A DNA stretch of 64,000 bases, from positions 64,001 through 128,000 of the forward strand of contig CAVVUN010000002.1 in assembly GCA_963751455.1 (NCBI GenBank). The letters run 5' to 3'. The stretch is from Nitrospirota bacterium. Its GTDB lineage: Bacteria > Nitrospirota > UBA9217. The notes under the pieces are model-generated. The model searched no databases and was not told where the DNA came from. It was given only the letters and a program-made list of their open reading frames with translations. This document shows, piece after piece, positions 10,518 to 20,261 of this stretch. Position 1 is the stretch's first letter; each line of letters begins with the position of its first letter. The translations under genes and the position numbers were made by a program.

Positions 10518-11210
10518 ATGACATTACCTTTGACAGAGACCATCGACTGCCCTCTTTGTGGTGCAGCAATACCCTTTAGTTCATATCAGAGTGTCAATGT
10601 CACCAACGATCCGGAGCTGAAGGATAGGCTTCTCCAAAGACAGCTGAATCGTTACCGGTGCCGCAATTGCGGCCGTGAAGGTGAGGTCATCCATGACTGC
10701 CTCTACCACGATATGAAATCTAAAACACTGATCTGGCTTAAGCTACCGGACGATGGTATGAACTTGGCTATCGATTCCTCTGCTAACGTATTCATTGGGT
10801 TAACCGAAGACTATCGTTTTCGGCTGGTCGGGTCACTGGACGAATTAATAGAGAAAGTAAAAATTTTCGATGACGGCTACGATGATATTACTATGGCGAT
10901 CTTCACGTTCATGATAAGCGTTGGAAAGCATATCGACACCACTAAGCGTTTATTTTACTACCGTACGCGTAATCCATTTATAGGTAAAAAACAAATTGAA
11001 TTCGTCGAGGTCAACAGTGACGGCTTGCATTTTTACCGATATCCACTACAGCCAATATTCACAAATGCAGCCACCTTCGGACCACAGATTCGTCAATACA
11101 TCACGCGGCGTGGTCACTGGCTGCATGTTAATCCGAGCGTTATCACTAAAGCCTTGGAACAGGCTGGCTTAATACGTCGAGTACTTTTAGAAACAGATAG
11201 CTTAGAGTAG
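10518..11210 (+). CDS. CpXC-domain protein
   Basis: CPLCG..SVNVT.DPELK..CRNCG..LYHD pattern; RBS gagg. Confidence 0.85.
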   Translation: MTLPLTETIDCPLCGAAIPFSSYQSVNVTNDPELKDRLLQRQLNRYRCRNCGREGEVIHDCLYHDMKSKTLIWLKLPDDGMNLAIDSSANVFIGLTEDYRFRLVGSLDELIEKVKIFDDGYDDITMAIFTFMISVGKHIDTTKRLFYYRTRNPFIGKKQIEFVEVNSDGLHFYRYPLQPIFTNAATFGPQIRQYITRRGHWLHVNPSVITKALEQAGLIRRVLLETDSLE

Positions 11211-11212
11211 GG

Positions 11213-11242
11213 GTAGGTCGGGTAGAGCAAAGCGAAACCCGA
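11213..11242 (+). repeat. GTAG-type REP-like palindrome
   Basis: GTAGGTCGGGT..AGCAAAGCGAA..ACCCGA hairpin preceded by GTAG. Confidence 0.55.
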
Positions 11243-11250
11243 TGCTGTGA

Positions 11251-11310
11251 TTTCAACATGCGCGTCCACATCGACTCGCCAAAGATCGGCGAGTGACGCG
11301 CGTGTTTAGT
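11251..11310 (+). mobile_element. Integron attC site 1
   Basis: TTTCAAC-5nt-CGTCCAC-central hairpin-GTGACG-5nt-GTTTAGT (R'', L'', L', R' layout with an extrahelical base in L''). Confidence 0.8.
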
Positions 11311-11413
11311 CATCAAAAATAATAATGCCAATTCCCGAATCACAACAATTGAACGATGGGTTGGTTAGAGACAACCTCACTGGTCCTTTTGAGTTTGTCA
11401 CCAAGGATATCGA

Positions 11414-11881
11414 TTGCTGAATGTTTTCGTAGATGCTGACGCATGCCCTGTAAAACAAGAGGTCTACCGGGTTGCAGCCAGGTATCATATAGGTGTCACC
11501 TTGGTTGCCAACTCCTGGATGCGCGTGCCCACAGAGGATGGAATCGTACTTCAAGTTGTCGGCAATGGGTTAGATGAGGCCGATAACTGGGTTGCTGCCA
11601 ATGTCACTCCCCACGACATCGTGATCACGGCTGATATTCTTCTAGCGAGCCGATGCATCAAGGCTGGTGCGCACACAATCGGCCCAACGGGGAAGGCCTT
11701 CACCGAGGAAAACATCGGAGATGCTGTCGCAACTCGTAACCTGCTTGCAGAGCTGCGTGGGAACGGCGAGATCACGGGGGGGCCGGCTCCCTTCTCCAAG
11801 CGCGACAGGTCAAGTTTTTTGCAGAAACTGGACCAGGTGATTCAGATGGTTCGGCGCGAATATCCCAGCAAAGTCGGTTAG
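11414..11881 (+). CDS. YaiI/YqxD family protein (DUF188)
   Basis: VDADACPVK, ADNW, VITADILLA and GGPAPF motifs. Confidence 0.93.
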   Translation: MLNVFVDADACPVKQEVYRVAARYHIGVTLVANSWMRVPTEDGIVLQVVGNGLDEADNWVAANVTPHDIVITADILLASRCIKAGAHTIGPTGKAFTEENIGDAVATRNLLAELRGNGEITGGPAPFSKRDRSSFLQKLDQVIQMVRREYPSKVG

Positions 11882-11976
11882 CGGTGTGCCGGGGATCACG
11901 CTCAAATCCCTTTGCCAACTTTATTTTATGTTACCGTAAGTCGTTCCGATAATAACTTGTTGATCCAGACAAAGAC

Positions 11977-12981
11977 ATGCATAAAATACCAATAATGCAT
12001 AACCGCGAATCGGATGTTGACAGTATCCTTCGCAGGCAACTTTCCAAAGAAGGCTTCCGCATATTACCTAAGGTTCGCGTCGCAGACGTCATTGCAAAGG
12101 ATGCAAGCGATAAATTATCACAGAGGGAATTTGACTATTACACGAGATCGCACTTCGATTTTCTCGTAACGCGGAACAATATGCCCGTCTTTGCAGTCGA
12201 ATTTGATGGCGCACATCACTTTGTTGACGATCGCAGCATCGAGAACGACGTTATCAAAAACAGGCTCTGCAAAGAGGCTGGTTTACCTCTCCTACGTATC
12301 ACATCAACCGAGGTTGAGGAGAATGACAGAATTACTTTGCTAGATTATATGTTGATGCGCTACGTGTCTTGGGGAAAGGAATATCCCAAGATAATCGAAG
12401 AAATCAAAGAAATTGCTGGCTCTCTCTCGCCCGATAGTGACCCTGCAGATTTTGCAATCGATCTTGATCCTGCATTCCACTTCGACCTAAAACACCCGTT
12501 CCCACCCCGTGATCGGATATTGGAGCGTCTCTGGAGAAATCATAAAATCGCATGGACTATGACAAGATCTGACAGGCAACGCAATGCGGAATATCTGTGT
12601 GACATTGTATATGGTCGGTCGGGCCAACTGAAGAATGATCAATTTCACACCTGTACAAGATGCGCGATATTATGGCAGAGGTCTGGAAAGCCTGATGCTC
12701 CACTCCAATCTGAGGAAGTTACGGTAAGCTTACGTTCGTGGTTGCCTCTTCTTACTGAGGTGCCAGCCCCAGATGTTTGGAATTTCAAAGACAAGAACGG
12801 CAATGCCATAGATCCGACTAAATTACTTGAGCAGTTCAAGTCACGCATTGCATCCATGTGGTTTCCTGACCTGCCTGGACTTAGCGCGTGGGATATTACT
12901 GAAAATTACAGCGAGTATCTAGGATTTCGCGCGATAGAACGCTGGGCAAGAAAAAATAATATCAACGGTTGGCTTCAATAA
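11977..12981 (+). CDS. DUF2726-domain (nuclease-like fold) protein
   Basis: PKVRVADV, HFDFLV, AVEFDG.HH, D..KN.LC..AGLPLLRI. Confidence 0.85.
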   Translation: MHKIPIMHNRESDVDSILRRQLSKEGFRILPKVRVADVIAKDASDKLSQREFDYYTRSHFDFLVTRNNMPVFAVEFDGAHHFVDDRSIENDVIKNRLCKEAGLPLLRITSTEVEENDRITLLDYMLMRYVSWGKEYPKIIEEIKEIAGSLSPDSDPADFAIDLDPAFHFDLKHPFPPRDRILERLWRNHKIAWTMTRSDRQRNAEYLCDIVYGRSGQLKNDQFHTCTRCAILWQRSGKPDAPLQSEEVTVSLRSWLPLLTEVPAPDVWNFKDKNGNAIDPTKLLEQFKSRIASMWFPDLPGLSAWDITENYSEYLGFRAIERWARKNNINGWLQ

Positions 12982-13039
12982 GGCTCGAGCAACATTCGAT
13001 AAACATTTTGCTACGAGTAAGGGAATTTAAGGCTAACGC

Positions 13040-13729
13040 ATGGAGATTGACATTAAGAAACTTTTGGCTCCCCGGATAAAAAAGCATTGTTTATCATTAT
13101 ATCAGTCCGGGGAATACAAACATGCATCACGAGAAGCAATGGTTCAGGTCGAGCTGGCGCTGCGCGAAAGGGGCCGCTTGGGCTCAGAGTCTTTCGGTAA
13201 AGGTTTAATTCAGCGGCTATTCAAAGGTCATCAGGGTGTCCTTCTCAGGGTACCTTTAGGTGACGATTTGCAAGAAGTGGCGCAGAAATACTTTGAAGGT
13301 GTCTTCTCATACTACAGAAACTATACAGCACACGATGGTGCTCGTATTGATGAGCTGTCCTCGCTCAGAATCTTGGTTGTCGCGTCAGAACTTTTAGAAA
13401 TGCTGAATGCATCCGCACTCACTATTTCAGATCGAGGAGGAATCGAAGGGATAGTTCGGCTAGTGAATTGCGGAACCTCACAGAGGCTTTTGGAACTATT
13501 GCGCCTGCTTGACGGCTATTGGATGCCAGAACTTACTTATGATGGGTTATTCGAAGATCTTTATAAGAGTGGGTTCAACGATGATCATCTTGAATCAATT
13601 ATAGAAATCGGATTAATCGAAATGAGCAAATTTACCGGCGAGGACCCGTGGAACGAGAAACCCGAAACTATGGAACGTTTTAATCTAACTGAGCTTGGTC
13701 GTCAAGTCTTAAAAAATATGAGTTCATAA
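13040..13729 (+). CDS. TIGR02391-family (HEPN-like) protein
   Basis: Y..ASREAM..VE..LR, FGKGLI..LF and YRNYTAH motifs. Confidence 0.8.
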   Translation: MEIDIKKLLAPRIKKHCLSLYQSGEYKHASREAMVQVELALRERGRLGSESFGKGLIQRLFKGHQGVLLRVPLGDDLQEVAQKYFEGVFSYYRNYTAHDGARIDELSSLRILVVASELLEMLNASALTISDRGGIEGIVRLVNCGTSQRLLELLRLLDGYWMPELTYDGLFEDLYKSGFNDDHLESIIEIGLIEMSKFTGEDPWNEKPETMERFNLTELGRQVLKNMSS

Positions 13730-13740
13730 ACTCGAAGTGA

Positions 13741-13797
13741 TCTCAACCAGGCGGTCAACATCGACTCGCCTTGCGGCGAGTTACCGCCGCGTTAGAT
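13741..13797 (+). mobile_element. Integron attC site 2
   Basis: TCTCAAC-CAGGC-GGTCAAC-central hairpin-GTTACC-GCCGC-GTTAGAT; central ATCGACTCGCC shared with attC 1. Confidence 0.85.
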
Positions 13798-13802
13798 TGA
13801 AA

Positions 13803-15662
13803 ATGAAAAAACTACTCAGCGAAACGCATCCGGAACTCAAAAAAGAATGGCATCCTACCGTAAATAGTAATTTTCGGTATGAAGATGCTTTTACCAGGTC
13901 GCATCGTGTTGTTTGGTGGATTTGTAAGAAAAATCCTAGCCACACATGGCAAGCAAAAATCATAAACCGTTCTATAAAAGGATATGGCTGTCTTTATTGT
14001 GCTGGGCGATTAGTCTCTCCAGAAAGATCATTAGCTGCTTTGTATCCCGAAGTAGCTGCAGAATGGCACCCCGCAAAAAATGAAAATCTGTCACCTGATA
14101 AGGTTGCTCCATTCAGTAATAAAAAAGCCTGGTGGAAATGCAAGTCTGGCCATGAATGGCATTCTTCGATTCAACATAGAACTAAAGAGCATACGAGATG
14201 CAAGCAATGTCGTATTGCCGAACGCTCTCTCATAAATACCCATCCAGATATTGCAAACGAGTGGCATCCGACAAAAAACTTGTCTTTGACGGTAAATGAT
14301 GTTACCCACGGAATGAGCAAGACTGTTTGGTGGAAATGTCGAGAAGGTCATGTGTGGCAGGCTAAAGTTTCGAGTCGTGCTGATGATAAAACGGGGTGTC
14401 TGAAATGTAACATAGCATCACGCAAAAACAAAAGCCGATATGTACCAATAACTGAGGCAATGCCAGAGTTAGCCAAGCAATGGCATCCGACCAAGAATCT
14501 TCCTCTGATGCCAAATCAAGTATTGCCAGGTTCTTCTAAGATGATCTGGTGGATTTGCCCACGGAATGCTGTGCATGTCTGGCATGCCTCCGCAAATAAT
14601 AGAAGAAAAGGGCGTGGTTGTCCATACTGTAGCAGACGGCCAAGCTTTGCGGAAAGATTTCCTGATTTGGCGAAAGAATGGCACCCAACAAAGAACGGTG
14701 ATCTGAAGCCGACAGATGTTTTATCCGGAAGCGCTCGGCGGGTTTGGTGGCGCTGTTTAAAAGATCCAACATATGAGTGGCAATCTACGGTAACTAATAG
14801 AACTCATAGCAAAGGGCGTCAAAAAATATGCCCTCATTGTTCAGGATATGCTGTTACGGAAAAAACAAATCTCGCAATTAACCATCCGCTAATTGCAAAG
14901 GAATGGCACCCGACAAAAAATTCGGGGTTGACCCCTAGTCAAGTAACTAGAGCAAGCGCTAAAAAAGTGTGGTGGGTATGCAGTATAAACCCTGAACATG
15001 AATGGTTAGCCCAAATTAAAAACCGAACGATTCTGGGAACTGGCTGTCCAATCTGTGAGGGTGAAAACAAAATTAAAAGAGTTTATGAGGCTCTATATGC
15101 ATCTGCGCAAGACAATTATGATTTTTTAAAGACATTTACAAAAGAGCTTTCGAATATAAGGCGACTGTTGAAGCATAGGTTGCTAAATGACTTATACGTT
15201 AAGCAACCGGTATTAAGAATGATATATGCTGCTGCAATAACAGCGATGGAAACCTATTTATGCGATGCTTTCTTTCACAAGGTAACAACAAATGATCTCC
15301 TAATCGAAAAATTTCTAAAGTCAGTACCGGAATTTAAAGAGCGAAAATATGCAGTAACAGATATTCTTGATTGGAAAAATCAGATACACAAAAAAGTGAG
15401 TGAATATCTTTTAGATATTGTCTGGCATAACTTAGCGCGGGTTCAGATACTTTACGAAAATGTGCTTGAAATTAAATTTCCGGACAGGATTGATCATATT
15501 CATCGTGGGATTGCGATTCGTCATGATATTGTCCATCGAAATGGCAGGACAAAGACAGGCAAATTCCATGGCTTGAAAGTACTTGAAATCGAGATACTCC
15601 TTAAATCACTTGAAGACTTCATTACCGATATTGACAAGCAATTAAAATCTATCGCGCGATAA
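13803..15662 (+). CDS. Six tandem zinc-ribbon (treble-clef/DUF4379-like) repeats fused to a C-terminal HEPN-like domain
   Basis: Six (E/Q)WHP..N..WWxC..H.W..CxxC units; C-terminal RHDIVHRNG (R-x4-H). ATG lies 6 nt after attC 2. Confidence 0.85.
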   Translation: MKKLLSETHPELKKEWHPTVNSNFRYEDAFTRSHRVVWWICKKNPSHTWQAKIINRSIKGYGCLYCAGRLVSPERSLAALYPEVAAEWHPAKNENLSPDKVAPFSNKKAWWKCKSGHEWHSSIQHRTKEHTRCKQCRIAERSLINTHPDIANEWHPTKNLSLTVNDVTHGMSKTVWWKCREGHVWQAKVSSRADDKTGCLKCNIASRKNKSRYVPITEAMPELAKQWHPTKNLPLMPNQVLPGSSKMIWWICPRNAVHVWHASANNRRKGRGCPYCSRRPSFAERFPDLAKEWHPTKNGDLKPTDVLSGSARRVWWRCLKDPTYEWQSTVTNRTHSKGRQKICPHCSGYAVTEKTNLAINHPLIAKEWHPTKNSGLTPSQVTRASAKKVWWVCSINPEHEWLAQIKNRTILGTGCPICEGENKIKRVYEALYASAQDNYDFLKTFTKELSNIRRLLKHRLLNDLYVKQPVLRMIYAAAITAMETYLCDAFFHKVTTNDLLIEKFLKSVPEFKERKYAVTDILDWKNQIHKKVSEYLLDIVWHNLARVQILYENVLEIKFPDRIDHIHRGIAIRHDIVHRNGRTKTGKFHGLKVLEIEILLKSLEDFITDIDKQLKSIAR

Positions 15663-15702
15663 TCTAAATGACAATTCCAGAACAACTATACAAAAAGATC
15701 GG

Positions 15703-15761
15703 TTCTAACCTGCGCCTCGACAGCGACGCGCCAAAGGCGGCGCGTCAGGCGCGCGTTCAAA
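15703..15761 (+). mobile_element. Integron attC site 3
   Basis: TTCTAAC-CTGCG-CCTCGAC-central hairpin-GTCAGG-CGCGC-GTTCAAA; its TCTAAC complements the GTTAGA that opens this cassette. Confidence 0.85.
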
Positions 15762-15784
15762 CTGTAAAATTAAGGAAAAAAACC

Positions 15785-16243
15785 ATGAACTCGAGTCTGA
15801 TCGTTCATGCTGCGGTTTTCGCGCTCTTACTTGGGGGAACCGCCTGCGCCGGCGGTCTTCGCGACTTCTCGAGCGACGGGTGCAGCTTGTTTCCGGACGG
15901 CACTGTCAAAGACCGCAAGTTGTGGTGCGAGTGCTGCTTTGTCCACGATATCGCTTATTGGCAGGGCGGAACGAAGGACGAGAAAAAACAGGCTGACAGG
16001 ATCCTGCGCGACTGCGTTTACGAGAAGACCGGGAACAAGTCTCTTGCAGACACAATGTATGAAGCGGTCAGTTTGGGCGGCCAGCCGGTCTTCCCCACAT
16101 GGTATCGCTGGGGATACGGATGGAAATACGGGAGGGCATTTGAATCGCTGACGGAGCAGGAACAACAGCAGGTGCGGGAGAGGCTTGGTGCTTACTATCA
16201 GGCACATCCTTCAGAATACTGCGGACTGCCCATTAAAAAGTGA
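15785..16243 (+). CDS. Exported Cys-rich protein with phospholipase A2-like motif
   Basis: Signal peptide; SDGCSLFPDG, CCFVHDIAY, AD..LRDCV and RWGYGW motifs. Confidence 0.7.
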   Translation: MNSSLIVHAAVFALLLGGTACAGGLRDFSSDGCSLFPDGTVKDRKLWCECCFVHDIAYWQGGTKDEKKQADRILRDCVYEKTGNKSLADTMYEAVSLGGQPVFPTWYRWGYGWKYGRAFESLTEQEQQQVRERLGAYYQAHPSEYCGLPIKK

Positions 16244-16256
16244 CGAACAAAGAATA

Positions 16257-16393
16257 TTGATGCATTCGTAAGAAGTCAGAAAATACCCAATTTCGTCATA
16301 CCGGCGAACGCCGGTATCCAGTCTTTTCAATAAGTTCGATAACCACTGGACCCCGGTTTTCACCGGGGAGACGACTTTTTACGAGATCATCAA
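16257..16393. mobile_element. MITE-like element with internal REP-like hairpins
   Basis: Terminal IRs TTGATGCATTCGTAAGAAGTC / GACTTTTTACGAGATCATCAA flanked by TA; internal ATACCGGCG-AA-CGCCGGTAT and CCCCGG..CCGGGG hairpins. Confidence 0.7.
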
Positions 16394-16537
16394 TATTGCC
16401 GCAAAAATGCGCAAGAAGCGCAAGAAAACCGTAAGAGAGTTTTGATTTTGAATTCCTTTGCGTATTATGCGCATTTGTGGCAAAAAAGCGTTTACTGTTT
16501 GCTTGGGGTCAAAAACATTCTGCAGGAGGTTTATAGT

Positions 16538-17041
16538 ATGCAATTCAAGGAAATAAAACCGGAGCTTCTGACCGATAATCCGTTCAAGCTGATCGGGTCG
16601 GACTGGATGCTGATAACCGCGGGAACGCCGCAGTCCTTCAACACCATGACCGCCAGCTGGGGAGGGATGGGGATCCTGTGGGAGAGGAAGGTCTGTTTCT
16701 GCTTTATAAGGCCGACCCGGCATACCTACGAATTCATGGAGCGGTCCGCCGATTTCACGCTCTCGTTTTTCGAGGAGCGCTATCGCGATGCCCTGCTGTT
16801 TTGCGGCAGCCATTCCGGCAGGGACACTGATAAAGTAAAGGAATCAGGGCTGACGCCTATAAACGAAAACGGGTTTACATATTTCGAAGAGGCGAGAATC
16901 GTACTCGCCTCCAGAAAACTCTACTACCAGGACATTAGCCCTGCCCGGTTTCTGGATCCGGGCATCGAGCGTATGTATCCGCTGAAGGACTACCACAGAA
17001 TGTTTATCGGCGAGATCGTCAAGTGTATGATAAAACAATAA
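16538..17041 (+). CDS. Flavin reductase family protein
   Basis: RBS aggagg; WMLITAG, NTMTASWG, CGSHSGRD.DK and HRMFIGEI. Confidence 0.92.
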   Translation: MQFKEIKPELLTDNPFKLIGSDWMLITAGTPQSFNTMTASWGGMGILWERKVCFCFIRPTRHTYEFMERSADFTLSFFEERYRDALLFCGSHSGRDTDKVKESGLTPINENGFTYFEEARIVLASRKLYYQDISPARFLDPGIERMYPLKDYHRMFIGEIVKCMIKQ

Positions 17042-17124
17042 CCCTGTTGGAATTTCTCCAACAGGGTATTGCCAACAGTGCTCTTATAATTTTTCATTTT
17101 GCAATTTGCAATTATCTAGTTGCT

Positions 17125-17676
17125 CTACCCTTTATGTTTCCCGTTTCCGTGGCCTCTTCCACGGCCACGGTCATCGCCTCCCTGATCGCCTCTTCCGCGT
17201 TTCCCACCATGCCCATGATCGTCCCTGCCGTATTTCTCACTTTTCCCGCGTCCCGCGTTATCCCAGTACCGCTCTCTTTCCCAGCTCTGCCAGTTTTTCT
17301 TGACATGACCATACGGCATACGTTCGTGCCCAGGGGACATGCGGCGGTATCCGTGCGGTACATCCACTATTGCGCGGGGCACACTTCTCGGGCCCACTGT
17401 GCGCCATGGTCCGTTATAGCCGTTCGCGATGTACCAGCCGCCTCGGTGCGAGCGATACCATGATCCGCGGAAAAAGAAAACATCGATGCTTGCGTCAGGA
17501 GGGTAATAGACATAAGTGCCGGGTATTACAATAAGGCCGGGCGGCGCCGGAAAGACGAATCCCGGAAGGGGAATATTGATATTGACACTGACTTCGGCCT
17601 TGCCTGACCCTGGTAAGAGAAATCCGAACAGCACGAGCAACGCTAAACCGAGTTTTTTTAAAAATTGATTTTTCAT
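17125..17676 (-). CDS. Exported protein with Pro/aromatic-rich domain and Gly/His/Arg-rich tail
   Basis: RBS ggagg; signal peptide; VSVNINIP, YNGPW; low-complexity C-terminus. Confidence 0.75.
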   Translation of the reverse strand: MKNQFLKKLGLALLVLFGFLLPGSGKAEVSVNINIPLPGFVFPAPPGLIVIPGTYVYYPPDASIDVFFFRGSWYRSHRGGWYIANGYNGPWRTVGPRSVPRAIVDVPHGYRRMSPGHERMPYGHVKKNWQSWERERYWDNAGRGKSEKYGRDDHGHGGKRGRGDQGGDDRGRGRGHGNGKHKG

Positions 17677-17960
17677 GGCTATCTGCCTCCTCGCAAATCT
17701 TCTATATCTTCTGACACCGCTAATTGATTTTCGATTAAATCCCTACAAAATTATTACACGTTTTATGCTCAATTGCAAATCGATGCTGCGCTGAATCGAT
17801 TAGTCTTCCATTTTATCCTTCCAAAGTAGTATATTATAGGGAAAAAGACATAAAGAATGTGATTTGGCTCACTGAAACTAATGATTTACCCGGGTAATGT
17901 TACCAAGGTTTCATCAACCATGAAAGTACTCTCAATTAAATCAGAAGTGAGGTATTCACG

Positions 17961-18596
17961 ATGGTGAAAGGAATAATCGGTTTTATTCTCGTTATGATGA
18001 TCGGTGTGACTATATTCGCAGCTGAAGATAGAGTGAATATGGCGAGCATCGATAAAAATACGGGTCTTGAAATAATGAAGACCGTATTGCCTGAGGTAAT
18101 CGAAAAAATAGAGTACTATGAAATCAACGGACAGAGTGAAAGAGAATTGCGCCGCCAGATGAGAGAGAATGGGACCAAATGGGACGATGGGAAAACATAC
18201 GATTCCGTCACGAGCTGGCATATCAGGTGGGATTACGACTATAACTGCACGACTGAAGGCTGTACCCCGGATTCCTTCAAAGCAAGCGTATATGTAACAT
18301 TCCGTTATCCGAAATGGGTGAACACGGACGGCGCGCCTCAGCCCCTGGTGGCCAAATGGGATGGATACATCAAGAACCTGATTACTCACGAGAACGGACA
18401 TCGCGACATGGCGGTGGAAGCGACTGCGGATCTTCAGCGGTCGGTTGCTGAATTACGGCCTGCGCCCAGCCGCTATGCACTGGACCGCGAAATAGAGGCA
18501 TTGGCACGGCAGCGGACGGCCAAACTGAACGCTGATTCAAGGCATTACGATGCGGTTACCGTCCACGGTACGACACAGGGCGCGGTTTTTCCCTGA
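17961..18596 (+). CDS. DUF922-family putative Zn-dependent protease
   Basis: Signal peptide; HENGH; YD..T.HGTTQGA C-terminus. Confidence 0.85.
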   Translation: MVKGIIGFILVMMIGVTIFAAEDRVNMASIDKNTGLEIMKTVLPEVIEKIEYYEINGQSERELRRQMRENGTKWDDGKTYDSVTSWHIRWDYDYNCTTEGCTPDSFKASVYVTFRYPKWVNTDGAPQPLVAKWDGYIKNLITHENGHRDMAVEATADLQRSVAELRPAPSRYALDREIEALARQRTAKLNADSRHYDAVTVHGTTQGAVFP

Positions 18597-18626
18597 CCGC
18601 GTTATAATGAATTGACATTTTCAAGC

Positions 18627-18653
18627 AGGCCGTCGTTTACGACGGCCTTTTTT
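18627..18653 (+). terminator. Rho-independent terminator
   Basis: AGGCCGTCG-TTTA-CGACGGCCT plus T run between convergent genes. Confidence 0.85.
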
Positions 18654-18678
18654 GTTGCCGCTTTCTGGTCTATTTCTG

Positions 18679-19995
18679 TCAGGTAGTAATCCAGTTCAAT
18701 GGACGAGGAGCGCTTATTTCCGGGGTCCGGTTCCCCTCGCGGTCGTATCGCGGGATTGCCTCGCGGAGGGGCAGGCATATGACGAATGACACGCCGCCGG
18801 TCGCAATATTGTTCTCGGCCCTTATCGCGCCCCCGTGCTGTTCGACCAGCCCTTTTGAAATTGCGAGGCCCAAGCCGGTGCCGTGCGATTTTGTCGTAAA
18901 GAAGGGCTGGAAAACCTTGTCAAGAATATCCTCTTTGATTCCGGGACCTGTATCACTCAAGGTAATATTCAGACATCGCAGAGATTGATCGGCATCCGTA
19001 CGGAAGCGGATGACGCCCCCGGACGGCATTGCATCCGCAGAATTCAGGATCAGGTTCATGAATACCTGTTGAAGCTGAAGAGGGTCCGCCATGGTTGTCG
19101 GTACCTTGACGAAATCGCGAATAACTGATATCGAGGGACGCGCGGTCAAGAGCGGATGATGGAGCGCAAGGTTGATTGTCGAATCCAGCACCTCGTTTAT
19201 GTTCACCGGCATAAATTGCGGCTTCGGCGGCCGGGCGAAATTGAGTATGCTTTTCAAGAGCGTATCGATCCGCTTTATCTGTTCGCTTGCCTGGAGAAGG
19301 ATCTCGCGGCCTTCAGACGAAAGGGAAGAATCGCAGCACAGGAAATCGATCGATGCCTTGATCCCGGCAAGCGGATTTTTGATCTCGTGTGCCATTCCGC
19401 CGGCCATCTCTCCCAGAACCACCAGTTGTTCCGCCCATTGCATCTTGAGGTTGTCTTTCCCGAGGGACTCCACGACGGCGTTGAAGGATGACGCTACTTC
19501 GGCCAACTCGTCGCTCAGCCCGGTGATGCGGTGCCTCAGGTCTCCGCTCTTTATCCGACGGGCCCCCTTTACCAGCTTGTCGATCGGCCTGATGAATCCG
19601 TAAAGAAGGTACATTGACAGAGCAAGGGCCGCGACAGGCACGAGCCCCAATAGAATGTACACCTTCGTTTTTGTACGTCCCATCTCTGCAAGCGCATCCT
19701 GAGTGCTCTCCACCGGTTCTTTATTCCCGACAGCATACCGGTCCTTTTCAATTTCCGGTACAAGCGTCTGTGTGAGGACAAGTGTAGGCTCAAACGCGGC
19801 CTGGGCATCTCCGATAACCGGCTGAAGAGTGCGAATCCTGTTCACCAGATGCTCTTTCCAGGATTCAGGCTGCTGATTTCTCAACAAACTGCCCATTTTA
19901 TTTGTCGTGACTTCTATTGCAATTATCGCGAAGAAGGCGAGCAGAAACACCGTCACGGAAAACAGGGCCATGCTGAGTATTAATTTTTTTTTCAT
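18679..19995 (-). CDS. HAMP-domain sensor histidine kinase (NtrB-like)
   Basis: Two TM segments, HAMP, AHEIKNPL, NLILNS, DTGPG, PFFTTK..GTGLGL. Confidence 0.93.
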   Translation of the reverse strand: MKKKLILSMALFSVTVFLLAFFAIIAIEVTTNKMGSLLRNQQPESWKEHLVNRIRTLQPVIGDAQAAFEPTLVLTQTLVPEIEKDRYAVGNKEPVESTQDALAEMGRTKTKVYILLGLVPVAALALSMYLLYGFIRPIDKLVKGARRIKSGDLRHRITGLSDELAEVASSFNAVVESLGKDNLKMQWAEQLVVLGEMAGGMAHEIKNPLAGIKASIDFLCCDSSLSSEGREILLQASEQIKRIDTLLKSILNFARPPKPQFMPVNINEVLDSTINLALHHPLLTARPSISVIRDFVKVPTTMADPLQLQQVFMNLILNSADAMPSGGVIRFRTDADQSLRCLNITLSDTGPGIKEDILDKVFQPFFTTKSHGTGLGLAISKGLVEQHGGAIRAENNIATGGVSFVICLPLREAIPRYDREGNRTPEISAPRPLNWITT

Positions 19996-20261
19996 ACGCG
20001 GATTTCCCGGAATCAGTTTATCTCGAATGCATTAGTATTAAGAGTGGCAGGAGGGATATAAACAGCTTCTGATACTAAGATAGCTCGCTATAACACTGCT
20101 GTCAACAATCATAAGGATTAGTAATGATGGAAGCAATGCGTGCTTTTTATCCGAAGAACCGACGTTCCGCTCTTTTGTGCAAAAAAAAGTTTTTTGTTGT
20201 TTTCATCGCATATTGATGATAAAATAAACACAAAGTTGCAAGGCTTCAACCGGAGAGGTAA

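Noticed and set aside
13737-13802. N-terminal extensions of ORFs 13737 and 15668
   Set aside because: They are translations through attC sites; the real starts are likely 13803 and 15785.
11251-15761. attC-like repeats as CRISPR repeats or terminators
   Set aside because: They are spaced by whole genes, lack U-tails and show R/L box architecture.
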